The notes under the pieces were generated by a model, which ran no database searches, had not been told where the DNA came from, and was given only the letters and a program-made list of their open reading frames with translations. From sequence record NC_008515.1: a stretch of 64,000 nt of DNA. The stretch is one strand, 5' to 3'. Made by a program: the position numbers and the translations under genes. This stretch comes from Escherichia phage RB32. Shown here one piece after another: positions 8,391-17,157 of this stretch (the first letter of the stretch is position 1; each line of letters opens with the position of its first letter).

Positions 8391-10204
8391 TGGTGTTTAA
8401 CCCTATGCATGATTTCTTTATTTTTGCCGAGATTAAATCCGCGTTCGTTCGGATTTCCCAAATAACCACACGTTCTTCTTATTGTGTTCATCTTTTTAGG
8501 ATCAGTTTCTCCACAAATAGAACAAACAAATCCGTTTTCAGTAGGAGTCATTTCATGGGTACTTCCGCATGTAAAACACTTATCTACTGGCATATTAACA
8601 CCAAAATAATCTAAATGTTGTGCAGCATAATCCCATACAGCCTCAAGACCTTTTAGGTTATTTTTCATATCAGGAAGTTCAACATAAGAAATGTGACCAC
8701 CTGTCGCAATGAAATGATATGGCGCTTCACGAGAAATCTTTTCAAACGGAGTAACATTTTCTTCTACTGAAACGTGGAAACTGTTAGTGTACCAGCCTTT
8801 ATCGGTAACATCTTTTACGCTTCCATATTTTTCTGTATCAAGTTTACAGAAGCGATAACAAAGGTTTTCAGCAGGAGTCGAATACAAACTAAAAGCAAAC
8901 CCAGTTCTTTCAGTCCACTGTTTAAGATGAGCATTCATTTTAGTTAAAATTTCTCGTCCAATATCACGACCGACAAGAATATTCAATTCGTGAATACCAA
9001 TGTATCCTAGGGACACTGAACTTCTACCGTTTTTAAATAACTCAATTATGTCGTCATCAGGTTTAAGACGAACCCCGAATGCACCTTCTTGGTAAAGAAT
9101 AGGAGCAACAGTAGCTTTAACTCCTTTTAAGGAACTAATTCTACACATCAAAGCTTCAAAACACAAATCCATACGTTCATTGAATAATTCAACAAATTTC
9201 TGTTCGTTAAATTGTGTTCCAATATAAGAATCTAATGCAATGCGAGGAAGATTCAGTGTTACAACACCAAGATTATTACGTCCATCAAGAATTTCATTAC
9301 CAGTCGAATCTTTCCATACGCTCAAGAAACTACGGCAACCCATTGGAGAAACAGGAATAGATGAACCGGTGATAGCTTTATTATTCTTAACTGAAATAAT
9401 ATCAGGATACATCCTTTTGCTTGCACACTCTAGAGCAAGCTGCTTAATATCATAGTTCGGATCGTCTTTATAAAGATTAACGCCTTCTTCAACGAACATA
9501 ACAAGTTTAGGAAAAATAGGAGTTATCCCATCACGACCAAGACCTTTAATACGATTTTTCAAAATTGCTTTCTGAATCATTCGTTCAGTCCAGTCAGTTC
9601 CCGTACCAAATGTAATTGTTACAAAAGGAGTCTGTCCGTTTGAACTAAAGAGAGTATTTACTTCATATTCATAAGCTTGGAATGCATCGTATACGTCTTT
9701 TTCTGTTTTAGATTGGGCATAATTCAGTGCATCGGCGATTTGCCATTTTTCTGCGTCCTCGATATGTTTTGCATAGGTGCGTTTAACATAAGGAGAAAGT
9801 ACTTTATCTACATTCGCAAAAGTCGTTCCGCCGTATTGGTGAGAAGCAACCTGTGCGGTAATTTGTGCCATAATTGCAGTAGCAACGCCAATTGATTTAG
9901 GAGTTTCAATCTGCGCATTACCAAGCTTAAATCCGTTCTCAAGCATTCCTTTTAAATCTACTAAACAACAATTAGTAAATGGAAGAGCAGGGGAATAATC
10001 AATATCATGAAAATGAATAATTCCGCTTTCATGCGCTTTCATAATAAAAGACGGGACCTTATTTTTGGCAATGTGTTTAGACACAATACCAGCCATAAGG
10101 TCCCGTTGAGTTGGAAAAACACGAGAATCTTTATTAGCATTCTCGTTTAAAAGGTCTTTATTAGTTTTATGAATCAATCCTTCAATTTCTTTTTCAATTG
10201 TCAT
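8387..10204 (-). CDS. nrdD: Anaerobic ribonucleoside-triphosphate reductase (glycyl radical enzyme), uninterrupted
   Basis: 605 aa; C-terminal zinc ribbon CFTCGSTHE..CSICGE and glycyl-radical region (RRTCGYLG); single ORF without intron. Confidence 0.95.
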   Translation of the reverse strand: MTIEKEIEGLIHKTNKDLLNENANKDSRVFPTQRDLMAGIVSKHIAKNKVPSFIMKAHESGIIHFHDIDYSPALPFTNCCLVDLKGMLENGFKLGNAQIETPKSIGVATAIMAQITAQVASHQYGGTTFANVDKVLSPYVKRTYAKHIEDAEKWQIADALNYAQSKTEKDVYDAFQAYEYEVNTLFSSNGQTPFVTITFGTGTDWTERMIQKAILKNRIKGLGRDGITPIFPKLVMFVEEGVNLYKDDPNYDIKQLALECASKRMYPDIISVKNNKAITGSSIPVSPMGCRSFLSVWKDSTGNEILDGRNNLGVVTLNLPRIALDSYIGTQFNEQKFVELFNERMDLCFEALMCRISSLKGVKATVAPILYQEGAFGVRLKPDDDIIELFKNGRSSVSLGYIGIHELNILVGRDIGREILTKMNAHLKQWTERTGFAFSLYSTPAENLCYRFCKLDTEKYGSVKDVTDKGWYTNSFHVSVEENVTPFEKISREAPYHFIATGGHISYVELPDMKNNLKGLEAVWDYAAQHLDYFGVNMPVDKCFTCGSTHEMTPTENGFVCSICGETDPKKMNTIRRTCGYLGNPNERGFNLGKNKEIMHRVKHQ

Positions 10205-10674
10205 TTTAAACTCTTTCTAAGCTGCTTCTTAAATGAAGCTATTAATTGTGTTTTGGTGTCAGATTCATTATATTCAAATCCTCTTTGAAGCATCTCGGCC
10301 ATCATTTCCTCTTTTCCTAAACGAGAAAATTCCTTTGATTTATCTCCAACAAAGTTAGGGTGAATATTATTTTGGGTGTAATCGGATTTTAAATAAGTAA
10401 GTAAATTTTCTAACCATTCAAGATAATCAACACCTTGTCCCTTTAAGCCAGAACGATTAAATTTATGCTTCATTTGACCTTCTGCGGCATTGCATAGATT
10501 ACAAAGCAATCCACGTACCTTTCCTGCTTTTGGTCCATTTAATTCATGGTCATGATCAAGATGATTAGCTTGAACATCAGGATTTAGTTCTCGTTGGCAA
10601 ATTAAGCATTTACCGTTTTGTGCATTATAAAATTTCTGTTTTTCTTCTTTGTATAATTTGCCAGTCAATAACAT
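10201..10674 (-). CDS. 49: Endonuclease VII (Holliday junction resolvase) gp49
   Basis: 157 aa; near-identical to T4 EndoVII as recalled (MLLTGKLYKEEKQKFY..CLICQREL..HLDHDHE). Confidence 0.95.
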   Translation of the reverse strand: MLLTGKLYKEEKQKFYNAQNGKCLICQRELNPDVQANHLDHDHELNGPKAGKVRGLLCNLCNAAEGQMKHKFNRSGLKGQGVDYLEWLENLLTYLKSDYTQNNIHPNFVGDKSKEFSRLGKEEMMAEMLQRGFEYNESDTKTQLIASFKKQLRKSLK

Positions 10675-10680
10675 AATAAA

Positions 10681-10705
10681 ACCCTTACCTTAAATAGATA
10701 AGGGT
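10681..10705 (-). terminator. Possible stem-loop terminator upstream of gene 49
   Basis: ACCCTTA..(11-nt loop)..TAAGGGT followed by a T-rich run on the transcript; large loop, weak. Confidence 0.3.
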
Positions 10706-10716
10706 ATTTATTATTT

Positions 10717-10893
10717 TTAAGTATTGTAAAACATTCGATGCAATCGTTTATACTGTCGAATCATCTTTTTAGTAGGACGAGAATAGGTTCCTACGCAAGT
10801 GGTCATATGAGGGTCCGTAGAATGTCCTTTAATAAAAAGTTTCCAAACCTTACCGCCATTTAACTTTTCAGTATAAACCAATTCGGTTTTCAT
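10717..10893 (-). CDS. Chimeric small ORF (58 aa) whose last 15 codons duplicate the 3' end of the adjacent upstream gene
   Basis: Own translation MKTELVYTEKLNGGKVWKLFIKGHSTDPHMTTCVGTYSRPTKKMIRQYKRLHRMFYNT; C-terminus MIRQYKRLHRMFYNT vs MIRQYKRLHQMFYNT in the 10930..11415 gene; AGGA 8 nt upstream of ATG. Confidence 0.4.
   Translation of the reverse strand: MKTELVYTEKLNGGKVWKLFIKGHSTDPHMTTCVGTYSRPTKKMIRQYKRLHRMFYNT
10719..10765. repeat. Imperfect direct repeat (about 41/46 nt identical) of 10930..10976; a second short repeat pairs 10903..10928 with 10980..11003
   Basis: aagtattgtaaaacattcgatgcaatcgtttatactgtcgaatcat vs aagtattataaaacatttgatgcaatcgcttatattgccgaatcat. Confidence 0.7.
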
Positions 10894-10929
10894 TAAAATG
10901 TCCTGTCAGAAAAAGAATTTTGAGTTTTT

Positions 10930-11415
10930 TCAAGTATTATAAAACATTTGATGCAATCGCTTATATTGCCGAATCATTTGGTCAGAAAAAGAATTTTGAG
11001 TTTCAAGCCATTCAATATATTCTGCCGCAGCTTGCATCAGGTTACCTTCATAGCCATCGTTATTTTCTTGCGCAGCTAATTTAGCTAATGCGTATGAAAT
11101 ACGTTCACCTTGAAAAGAGGCTTCAGGCTTCTGAACAACTTGATTAGTTCGCTCTACAACTTCTTCAATTTCGCCATTTTCAACGGATTCAGTATTCCAC
11201 AAGCACCAATACGTAATTGGCTTATCATAGATATTAATAATCTTTCCACCAGAAAGTTCAATTTCAATAATTCCAGTATCAGGCTCTATATCATCTTCAC
11301 ATTCTTTTGTAAGTTCACGAACTTTAAAGACAGTACCTGCACTAAGTTCCGGCCAGTAATTACACAGCCCTGTATCAGCACGATTAATTCTAAACCACTT
11401 ATCTACTGTAATCAT
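10930..11415 (-). CDS. Hypothetical protein at the T4 pin (protease inhibitor) position; 161 aa from MITVDKW
   Basis: 167-aa track ORF; internal Met gives 161 aa; the pin assignment is by position and length only. Confidence 0.6.
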   Translation of the reverse strand: MITVDKWFRINRADTGLCNYWPELSAGTVFKVRELTKECEDDIEPDTGIIEIELSGGKIINIYDKPITYWCLWNTESVENGEIEEVVERTNQVVQKPEASFQGERISYALAKLAAQENNDGYEGNLMQAAAEYIEWLETQNSFSDQMIRQYKRLHQMFYNT

Positions 11416-11455
11416 GTCCCATCTCCATATCAATTAAGTCATTTATCGTTGGTTC

Positions 11456-11485
11456 ATTATATACTGTTTCTTCATCAGTGTAAAC
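11456..11485 (-). promoter_or_regulatory. T4-type early promoter (-35 GTTTAC, 18-nt spacer, -10 TATAAT)
   Basis: Minus-strand GTTTACACTGATGAAGAAACAGTATATAAT upstream of the 10930..11415 gene. Confidence 0.5.
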
Positions 11486-11710
11486 CGGTTCTTCCGGCTC
11501 TGGCTCTACAGTTTCCCATCTAGCCGCCCACCAGGGTTTAACCCCGAAGCTTATTAAGTTCTTCATAATCAATCCAGGATTCTAGTCCTGATGGCAAATC
11601 AGATTCAATTTCCCAAAGAAGTTCTTCAATTTTCTGAAGACGATCTAATTCTTCAGCTGGAATAGTAACCATTGATGGAGTTCTTGATACACTAATATCG
11701 TAAATCATAT

Positions 11711-11926
11711 TTACCCCAGTTTAACCATGCAATCGCCGTATTTCCACTTAGAAATAGACTTTTCGCCATTAGAATAATAAACTTCGAGTTTAGCACGGTT
11801 ATTTTTAATTTGAATAATCTTTGCTGTCATCAAAGTTCCATACCCATAGTAAACTGCAACTTCATCACCTACATATACCGCGCTTCCGCGGTAATCATGG
11901 ATATAATCAGTTCCTTCGAGCATCAT
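11711..11926 (-). CDS. Hypothetical small protein
   Basis: 71-aa ORF; start overlaps nrdC stop. Confidence 0.5.
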   Translation of the reverse strand: MMLEGTDYIHDYRGSAVYVGDEVAVYYGYGTLMTAKIIQIKNNRAKLEVYYSNGEKSISKWKYGDCMVKLG

Positions 11927-12186
11927 TTAAAGTATTCCCGCAATTGGTCAAATCCACCAATATAACTTCCATCAGGAGCAAATACCTGAGGCATTGTCAA
12001 GCCGATTTGAGTATCACGACCTAGTTTCGTCAGAAGCTCAGCAATTTTCTCATCATCAAAAACACCTTTTTCCGGCATAATGTTGATAAATTCAAACGGC
12101 TGTTTCTTCACGGTCAAAAGACGTTTTGCATTATCACAATACACGCATTTATGAATGTTGCTATCATAACCATATACTTTAAACAT
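11923..12186 (-). CDS. nrdC: Thioredoxin/glutaredoxin NrdC
   Basis: 87 aa with CVYC redox motif (MFKVYGYDSNIHKCVYCDNAKRLL); matches T4 NrdC as recalled. Confidence 0.9.
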   Translation of the reverse strand: MFKVYGYDSNIHKCVYCDNAKRLLTVKKQPFEFINIMPEKGVFDDEKIAELLTKLGRDTQIGLTMPQVFAPDGSYIGGFDQLREYFK

Positions 12187-12187
12187 A

Positions 12188-12430
12188 TTATTCCTTAATT
12201 CCTAGTACTTGTTTAAAAGTCTCGTCGTAATCAAGACTTTGGCCCGTTTGTTCTTTATATTTGTATATAATATCACTTACTTCTGATAGCATATTTTTAT
12301 ATGAACGAGTTAAAGCAGATTTAAGCACGCTGTATCTATCAGGAAATTTACCATGTTCATTATAATAAGCTATTGTTAATTCACGGACTGCCTTTTCAGC
12401 AGTCTCCATATATTCTTTACGCTTGGTCAT
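12188..12430 (-). CDS. Hypothetical small protein (80 aa from [13 protein letters not shown])
   Basis: Non-overlapping part of 127-aa track ORF. Confidence 0.45.
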   Translation of the reverse strand: MTKRKEYMETAEKAVRELTIAYYNEHGKFPDRYSVLKSALTRSYKNMLSEVSDIIYKYKEQTGQSLDYDETFKQVLGIKE

Positions 12431-12731
12431 TTTCTTCTCGGTCAAATCGGTGTTTACAATGACGACATTTATAACGAAGATTACTAGTCTGCCAATGGAC
12501 CAATTGCACCTGTTCAGTTCCACATTCAGGGCAATTAGGAACGTTTTTAGAAGCCCTTTCGCGACGTTCAACCATGACCATTACAGAATCCCAATTAACA
12601 GGAGGGCTATAATCATCACAACCATGAATCTTTCCACGCATTTCCAGATCGTCTTCTTCACCAGCCATAATAATTTTAATTAGACTAGAATTACTTGAAG
12701 CTGCAATGTCTTCTAATAGACGCTTTTTCAT
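12417..12731 (-). CDS. Zinc-ribbon protein
   Basis: 104 aa with CPECG..(20)..CRHCKH four-Cys arrangement. Confidence 0.6.
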   Translation of the reverse strand: MKKRLLEDIAASSNSSLIKIIMAGEEDDLEMRGKIHGCDDYSPPVNWDSVMVMVERRERASKNVPNCPECGTEQVQLVHWQTSNLRYKCRHCKHRFDREENDQA

Positions 12732-13654
12732 TTCAATACCTCAATAGCATTGCGTAAACCATTTGCTTTGGCGGTTAAAGCCTTAAGAACTTTAGTATGC
12801 TCTTCAATTTGTTTTTCAACTTCAATCAAACGAGCATTGAGATATTCGCGTTCTTCTTTCATAGTATCATTCCCATGATTGGATTTTGGTGTAGGTTTAA
12901 ATTCACTAGGGTCCTTTAATTTAATAACAAATTTAGTTTCAAACAGCGAAAGACCATAATTCGTATTATCATCAAAGGATTTGACTACATCCATATCAGA
13001 TAATAACACGCGTAAATTATAAGCCAAAGAACTAATAGTTTCATTGTGTTTATTAGCTTCGCGTGGTTTCATATACGGAAGATTTTTATATATCTCGTGC
13101 GGAGCACAAATGATAATTGACAATTCAAATTGCCCATTCTGGGACGATGGAGTGAATTTAGCCGTAACCCAGTCTTTTACATTCACATTAATAGTACGGT
13201 TATCACCATGACAAAACAGTCTACGAGAATGCTTAAAAAGCATATTCACGTTATTATTGAATTCGTGTGAAAATTCACTAGCAAATTTTTCTTTACTATC
13301 TTTAGAAAACCATTCTTCTAAATAAGTTCTTTTCACGTCGTTAATAATATTAAATGTAACAACACTAGCATTTGATACATTAGTCTCAATGTAGCTTGGA
13401 TACATAAATTTTTTAACATTATTAACAGCTATCACAGAAGATAGTAATCGGGAACGTTTGAACCACTCGAGCAAAGAACCAAGAGAATGTGAATACGCAT
13501 TTTGTGTATCTTTACAAATATGGTTTTCCCATCCAATATAGTCTAAAAAATCACGAAGAATATTATTGATTACTGCTCTGTGCCCGATCTGATAATTACG
13601 GTGTTTAGTAATAAGACTGTCAAAATAATCAATATAATGTTTACGAGTTTTCAT
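12728..13654 (-). CDS. Coiled-coil-tailed hypothetical protein, paralog family member 1 (308 aa)
   Basis: Long ORF; C-terminal amphipathic helix [31 protein letters not shown]; N-terminal YIDYFDSLI resembles member 2. Confidence 0.75.
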   Translation of the reverse strand: MKTRKHYIDYFDSLITKHRNYQIGHRAVINNILRDFLDYIGWENHICKDTQNAYSHSLGSLLEWFKRSRLLSSVIAVNNVKKFMYPSYIETNVSNASVVTFNIINDVKRTYLEEWFSKDSKEKFASEFSHEFNNNVNMLFKHSRRLFCHGDNRTINVNVKDWVTAKFTPSSQNGQFELSIIICAPHEIYKNLPYMKPREANKHNETISSLAYNLRVLLSDMDVVKSFDDNTNYGLSLFETKFVIKLKDPSEFKPTPKSNHGNDTMKEEREYLNARLIEVEKQIEEHTKVLKALTAKANGLRNAIEVLK

Positions 13655-13706
13655 ATTCTTCTCACTTGGTTAATGGTTTATACTCCGAGCCATCCTTGGC
13701 TTTAAA

Positions 13707-14708
13707 TTACTTAATTAACTGTAAAGCTTGTTCAAGACGATCAAGACGATTAACGGATTCTTCCCAAATCTTTTTAGCCTGCTCATATTCTTTCTGCGCT
13801 TTATTAGAAATTTCTAGAACTTCTTTATAAGCTTTTTCTAGTGCAATAACTTCTGGACGAATTTCTATCGGTTCAGGTGAATCATCAAGACATTCCATTA
13901 GTTCCTCAAGGGTAGTTTCTTCTTTAGGAGTATTCACAATTTCATCACATTTTTGTTGGTAAATTTCTTTATCAGTAGGTGAATAAGCACATTTCACTTC
14001 ACGAAGGCTAATTATAATTTTATATCCTTCCCAACCACACATATTTTTGAAAGGATATGTATGAATACTTTTTACAGTTTCCATACAGCCCAAAACCGCC
14101 TCTAATTGATAAGTTATAGTGCTAGCAATTGAGAAAAATTTATTAATGCTCTTTTGGTTAGCTTCTGGTGTAAAAAATCCATAATTCACAAAAATAGATA
14201 CTTTATTTTTATCAAGTTCATATTCTTTTATGATAATCATATCAGAAGCCAAAGGATGAATTTGACGATAATCGCCATAACATAATTTAGAAGCTGATTT
14301 TAGAATTTGTCCTTTGAAAAGTCTGAAATTACTAATCCAACGACGAGTAAAAATATTCTCAGGGTCTTCTTTATTATTGAGATGATAAGAATTAACATCA
14401 CCGAACCAATTATATCCTACTACATCTTTAGTTCGTTTAATTTCTTTCCCAAAATTACCAAGAATATCCCGATTAACCAAATATGAAAGAAGACGAGACT
14501 CTTTAAAGGTTTTCTTGATAACATCTTTATCTACACGGCTAGAAATTTTACGAACTTCATGAATAAATTTGCCGGAAGAAACAATACCTGCATCAACACT
14601 ATTGAGCCATTGATTGATAATAGAAAGAACGCTATTTTGGCCAAACATCGGTATAGCTTTATCATCAATAACGCTATTGAATGATTTGATATATTCGTTA
14701 CGAGTCAT
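13707..14708 (-). CDS. Coiled-coil-tailed hypothetical protein, paralog family member 2 (333 aa from MTRNEY)
   Basis: Start chosen at Met with GAGGAG Shine-Dalgarno; C-terminal helix KEYEQAKKIWEESVNRLDRLEQALQLIK. Confidence 0.75.
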   Translation of the reverse strand: MTRNEYIKSFNSVIDDKAIPMFGQNSVLSIINQWLNSVDAGIVSSGKFIHEVRKISSRVDKDVIKKTFKESRLLSYLVNRDILGNFGKEIKRTKDVVGYNWFGDVNSYHLNNKEDPENIFTRRWISNFRLFKGQILKSASKLCYGDYRQIHPLASDMIIIKEYELDKNKVSIFVNYGFFTPEANQKSINKFFSIASTITYQLEAVLGCMETVKSIHTYPFKNMCGWEGYKIIISLREVKCAYSPTDKEIYQQKCDEIVNTPKEETTLEELMECLDDSPEPIEIRPEVIALEKAYKEVLEISNKAQKEYEQAKKIWEESVNRLDRLEQALQLIK

Positions 14709-14736
14709 ATTAATCTCCTCAGTAGAAAGTAAGAAC

Positions 14737-14766
14737 ATTATACCACATCCTTGTGGCAAAGTAAAC
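14737..14766 (-). promoter_or_regulatory. T4-type early promoter (-35 GTTTAC, 18-nt spacer, -10 TATAAT)
   Basis: Minus-strand GTTTACTTTGCCACAAGGATGTGGTATAAT between family members 3 and 2. Confidence 0.6.
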
Positions 14767-15788
14767 TAGTTCAGTGCATTTAGTGCATTGTTCAGTTTAG
14801 AACGTTGCTTTGTCAGATTTTGAACCCTTGACTGAGCTTGTTCTAACGCCTTTTCAGCTTCTAGCACTTCATTGGTAGCTTTAACGAGTTCATCATCTAC
14901 TGCCTTAAGAGACTTCTCAATCGCGTCAGCGTGCCATTTTTCTACAGGTTTAAAATTTGAATTTTCAGTAGGAAGAAAACTCACTTTATTAAGTTTACAT
15001 GCATCTATATTGCTTGAGCTATACATCCAAAATTTAGGATCGTTTGATAAGTAATTGGATAAATTTAAGTTATCTTGCACTTCCTGCTTTTTCTCTTGCG
15101 GGACTTCGTCCTTTCTCAAAAAATCGTATTTAAATGAAACGATCATATCAAGTTCATATGTTGTTGTATGTTCCCAATTTCGCTCAAAACGAGGTAAAAT
15201 CTTAGATTGAACAGCAGCAACAACATCCATATACTTAAATGCTTCTGTCAGCTGTGATTTAAGACATTCACAAATTGAAAGAGAATTTTTAGTATTAGGC
15301 TTAAAGCTAATTCGTGCAGTTCTATTATTTTCTTTTAACGGTCTTACTTCCATCTGAAGAGTATAACCATCAAATTTCAGATTCTTTAAGTTAATATCAG
15401 AGCCTTTTAATCGACTAGCAGTAGACAAAATTTGCTTTAATTGTCTACGGAACAGAGCAATAAATCTCCATTCAATACGATAATGATTTGGATTGAAAAA
15501 TCCAGATGATAAATCGACCTTACTTTGACCAACGCCTTGAACAATCAAAGGATTTTTATAATCAATAGTTTTACAGAAATCGGTGAGCTGTTCACGAGCA
15601 GTCATTTGTGTAATATACCCTGCTTTACTAAAATTACGCACCCATTCACTGCTATTCGTATACTTAAAGTGATGAATAACACGATTAACTTTATCAGGGT
15701 CTAAATTATTTTGGCACAAAAATGTCATAACATCACGAGTATAACTGGCATTACGAACCATATCTTCAATTTGAGAACGAGTTTTCAT
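14766..15788 (-). CDS. Coiled-coil-tailed hypothetical protein, paralog family member 3 (340 aa)
   Basis: C-terminal helix EAEKALEQAQSRVQNLTKQRSKLNNALNALN; N-terminal DPDKVNRVIHHF resembles member 4. Confidence 0.75.
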   Translation of the reverse strand: MKTRSQIEDMVRNASYTRDVMTFLCQNNLDPDKVNRVIHHFKYTNSSEWVRNFSKAGYITQMTAREQLTDFCKTIDYKNPLIVQGVGQSKVDLSSGFFNPNHYRIEWRFIALFRRQLKQILSTASRLKGSDINLKNLKFDGYTLQMEVRPLKENNRTARISFKPNTKNSLSICECLKSQLTEAFKYMDVVAAVQSKILPRFERNWEHTTTYELDMIVSFKYDFLRKDEVPQEKKQEVQDNLNLSNYLSNDPKFWMYSSSNIDACKLNKVSFLPTENSNFKPVEKWHADAIEKSLKAVDDELVKATNEVLEAEKALEQAQSRVQNLTKQRSKLNNALNALN

Positions 15789-15796
15789 AGTGTTCC

Positions 15797-16708
15797 TTAA
15801 GATTTAAGTAAATCAACAATTTTAATTAACTTTTCACGCTCAGATTTAGCTTTACTACTCAGTCCAGATAGTCTGAAAATTTCATCATCATATTGTTGAA
15901 TAGAAATATTCAGCTCTTCAATTTGCTTATTAAAATAATCAATTTGCTCAGAATGTTTTTCGTTACTACGAACTGGTACAGGGTTTGTAGGCAATTTAGT
16001 TAAACTGGATTCATCCGGGCGATAAATTAAAATGCAATTTGAACCAATCGGGCATTTAGCACCAGATGAATATTCTAATGTTCCAGATTCTTTTAAAACT
16101 TCAAAAGCTAAACAGAGATGATGCCCCATATTGACATAATCTGTAGAGTGAGCTCTGATATAATAATCATCGCCGCGAATACTAAATTTAAAGCATTTAA
16201 GGTCTTCTGTATTATTGGTCTTAAAAATCATTTGTTTATCTAGACCTTTAGCTAATCGAGCGCCTAATGCTAATAATCGTCGTTGATTTTCCCACAAATC
16301 TGCGATCATTTGACCAAATGATAATTTCGGCATTAGTCGACCATAAAGGTCATATCCTTTATTATAATTGCGAAGGATTTCACTCGCATTAATACGAGAC
16401 AATGCTCCAATTTTATTAAGGGCTTTCATGATGCGATTAGATAAACTCATTCCAGACCCGTTTGTTCGCTGTAAATGTTTTTCTAATCCAAATCCAATAT
16501 CAACTTTAAATTTATCTAAAATTTCAGCATGAACATCTCTGTCAATAACATTCAAATCCAAAGTTGGGTTAAATCTATGAAAAAATTTATCTGGCTCTCC
16601 ACGACGAAATACAGTCCATTCATTCATCATTTTTTTATTAACTAAAGATTTAATTACTGCATTGACATTATTAATTACGACTGACATATTTTCCTCACTC
16701 AATTTCAA
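15797..16708 (-). CDS. Coiled-coil-tailed hypothetical protein, paralog family member 4 (303 aa)
   Basis: C-terminal helix QIEELNISIQQYDDEIFRLSGLSSKAKSEREKLIKIVDLLKS. Confidence 0.75.
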   Translation of the reverse strand: MKLSEENMSVVINNVNAVIKSLVNKKMMNEWTVFRRGEPDKFFHRFNPTLDLNVIDRDVHAEILDKFKVDIGFGLEKHLQRTNGSGMSLSNRIMKALNKIGALSRINASEILRNYNKGYDLYGRLMPKLSFGQMIADLWENQRRLLALGARLAKGLDKQMIFKTNNTEDLKCFKFSIRGDDYYIRAHSTDYVNMGHHLCLAFEVLKESGTLEYSSGAKCPIGSNCILIYRPDESSLTKLPTNPVPVRSNEKHSEQIDYFNKQIEELNISIQQYDDEIFRLSGLSSKAKSEREKLIKIVDLLKS

Positions 16709-17102
16709 TTTTACTAAATATACAGAATAAGATGGAACAGACTATATAAGCACCACACACAGATTGAACTAATACCATTCCAAAGAACCAAACAATATTA
16801 TCAAACAATGTCTGTTTTACGTCGAAAGGACGTAAACTTACAGTAATATTATCACCTTTTTCTATTGAAGAATACATCTCTGGGGAAATATATTCACTAA
16901 ATCTATAACCGTCTTTGAGTTCATATACAGCAATAAACGATAAACTAGACCCCTTTCCTTGAGTTCCTGTAAGGGTATTAACTACAGTAACATCATAATC
17001 TTTATAATGCATATAATCATTAATTGCGTAATAACCATATGCAATTACTATACATAAACAACATATCAATAAATTCAATCTTTTAATTATCAACTGTTTC
17101 AT
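16695..17102 (-). CDS. Membrane protein (N- and C-terminal hydrophobic helices)
   Basis: 135 aa; LLICCLCIVIAYGYYAI and VWFFGMVLVQSVCGAYIVCSILFCIF segments. Confidence 0.65.
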   Translation of the reverse strand: MKQLIIKRLNLLICCLCIVIAYGYYAINDYMHYKDYDVTVVNTLTGTQGKGSSLSFIAVYELKDGYRFSEYISPEMYSSIEKGDNITVSLRPFDVKQTLFDNIVWFFGMVLVQSVCGAYIVCSILFCIFSKIEIE

Positions 17103-17157
17103 AATAATCTCAATTAAAAGGGCTTAGAACCATTATACCATCCTTGGTATAAAGCGG

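Noticed and set aside
8390-9895. Plus-strand ORFs inside nrdD and nrdG (8390..8614, 9240..9455, 9677..9895)
   Set aside because: Antisense to well-supported nrdD/nrdG frames; no motifs.
11110-12683. Plus-strand ORFs 11110..11523, 11821..12024, 12423..12683
   Set aside because: Lie antisense to the minus-strand gene array (pin-position gene, nrdC, zinc-ribbon gene); translations are low-complexity.
13688-13701. Hairpin AGCCA-TCCT-TGGCT downstream of coiled-coil family member 2
   Set aside because: Short stem and no U-run on the transcript; not convincing as a terminator.
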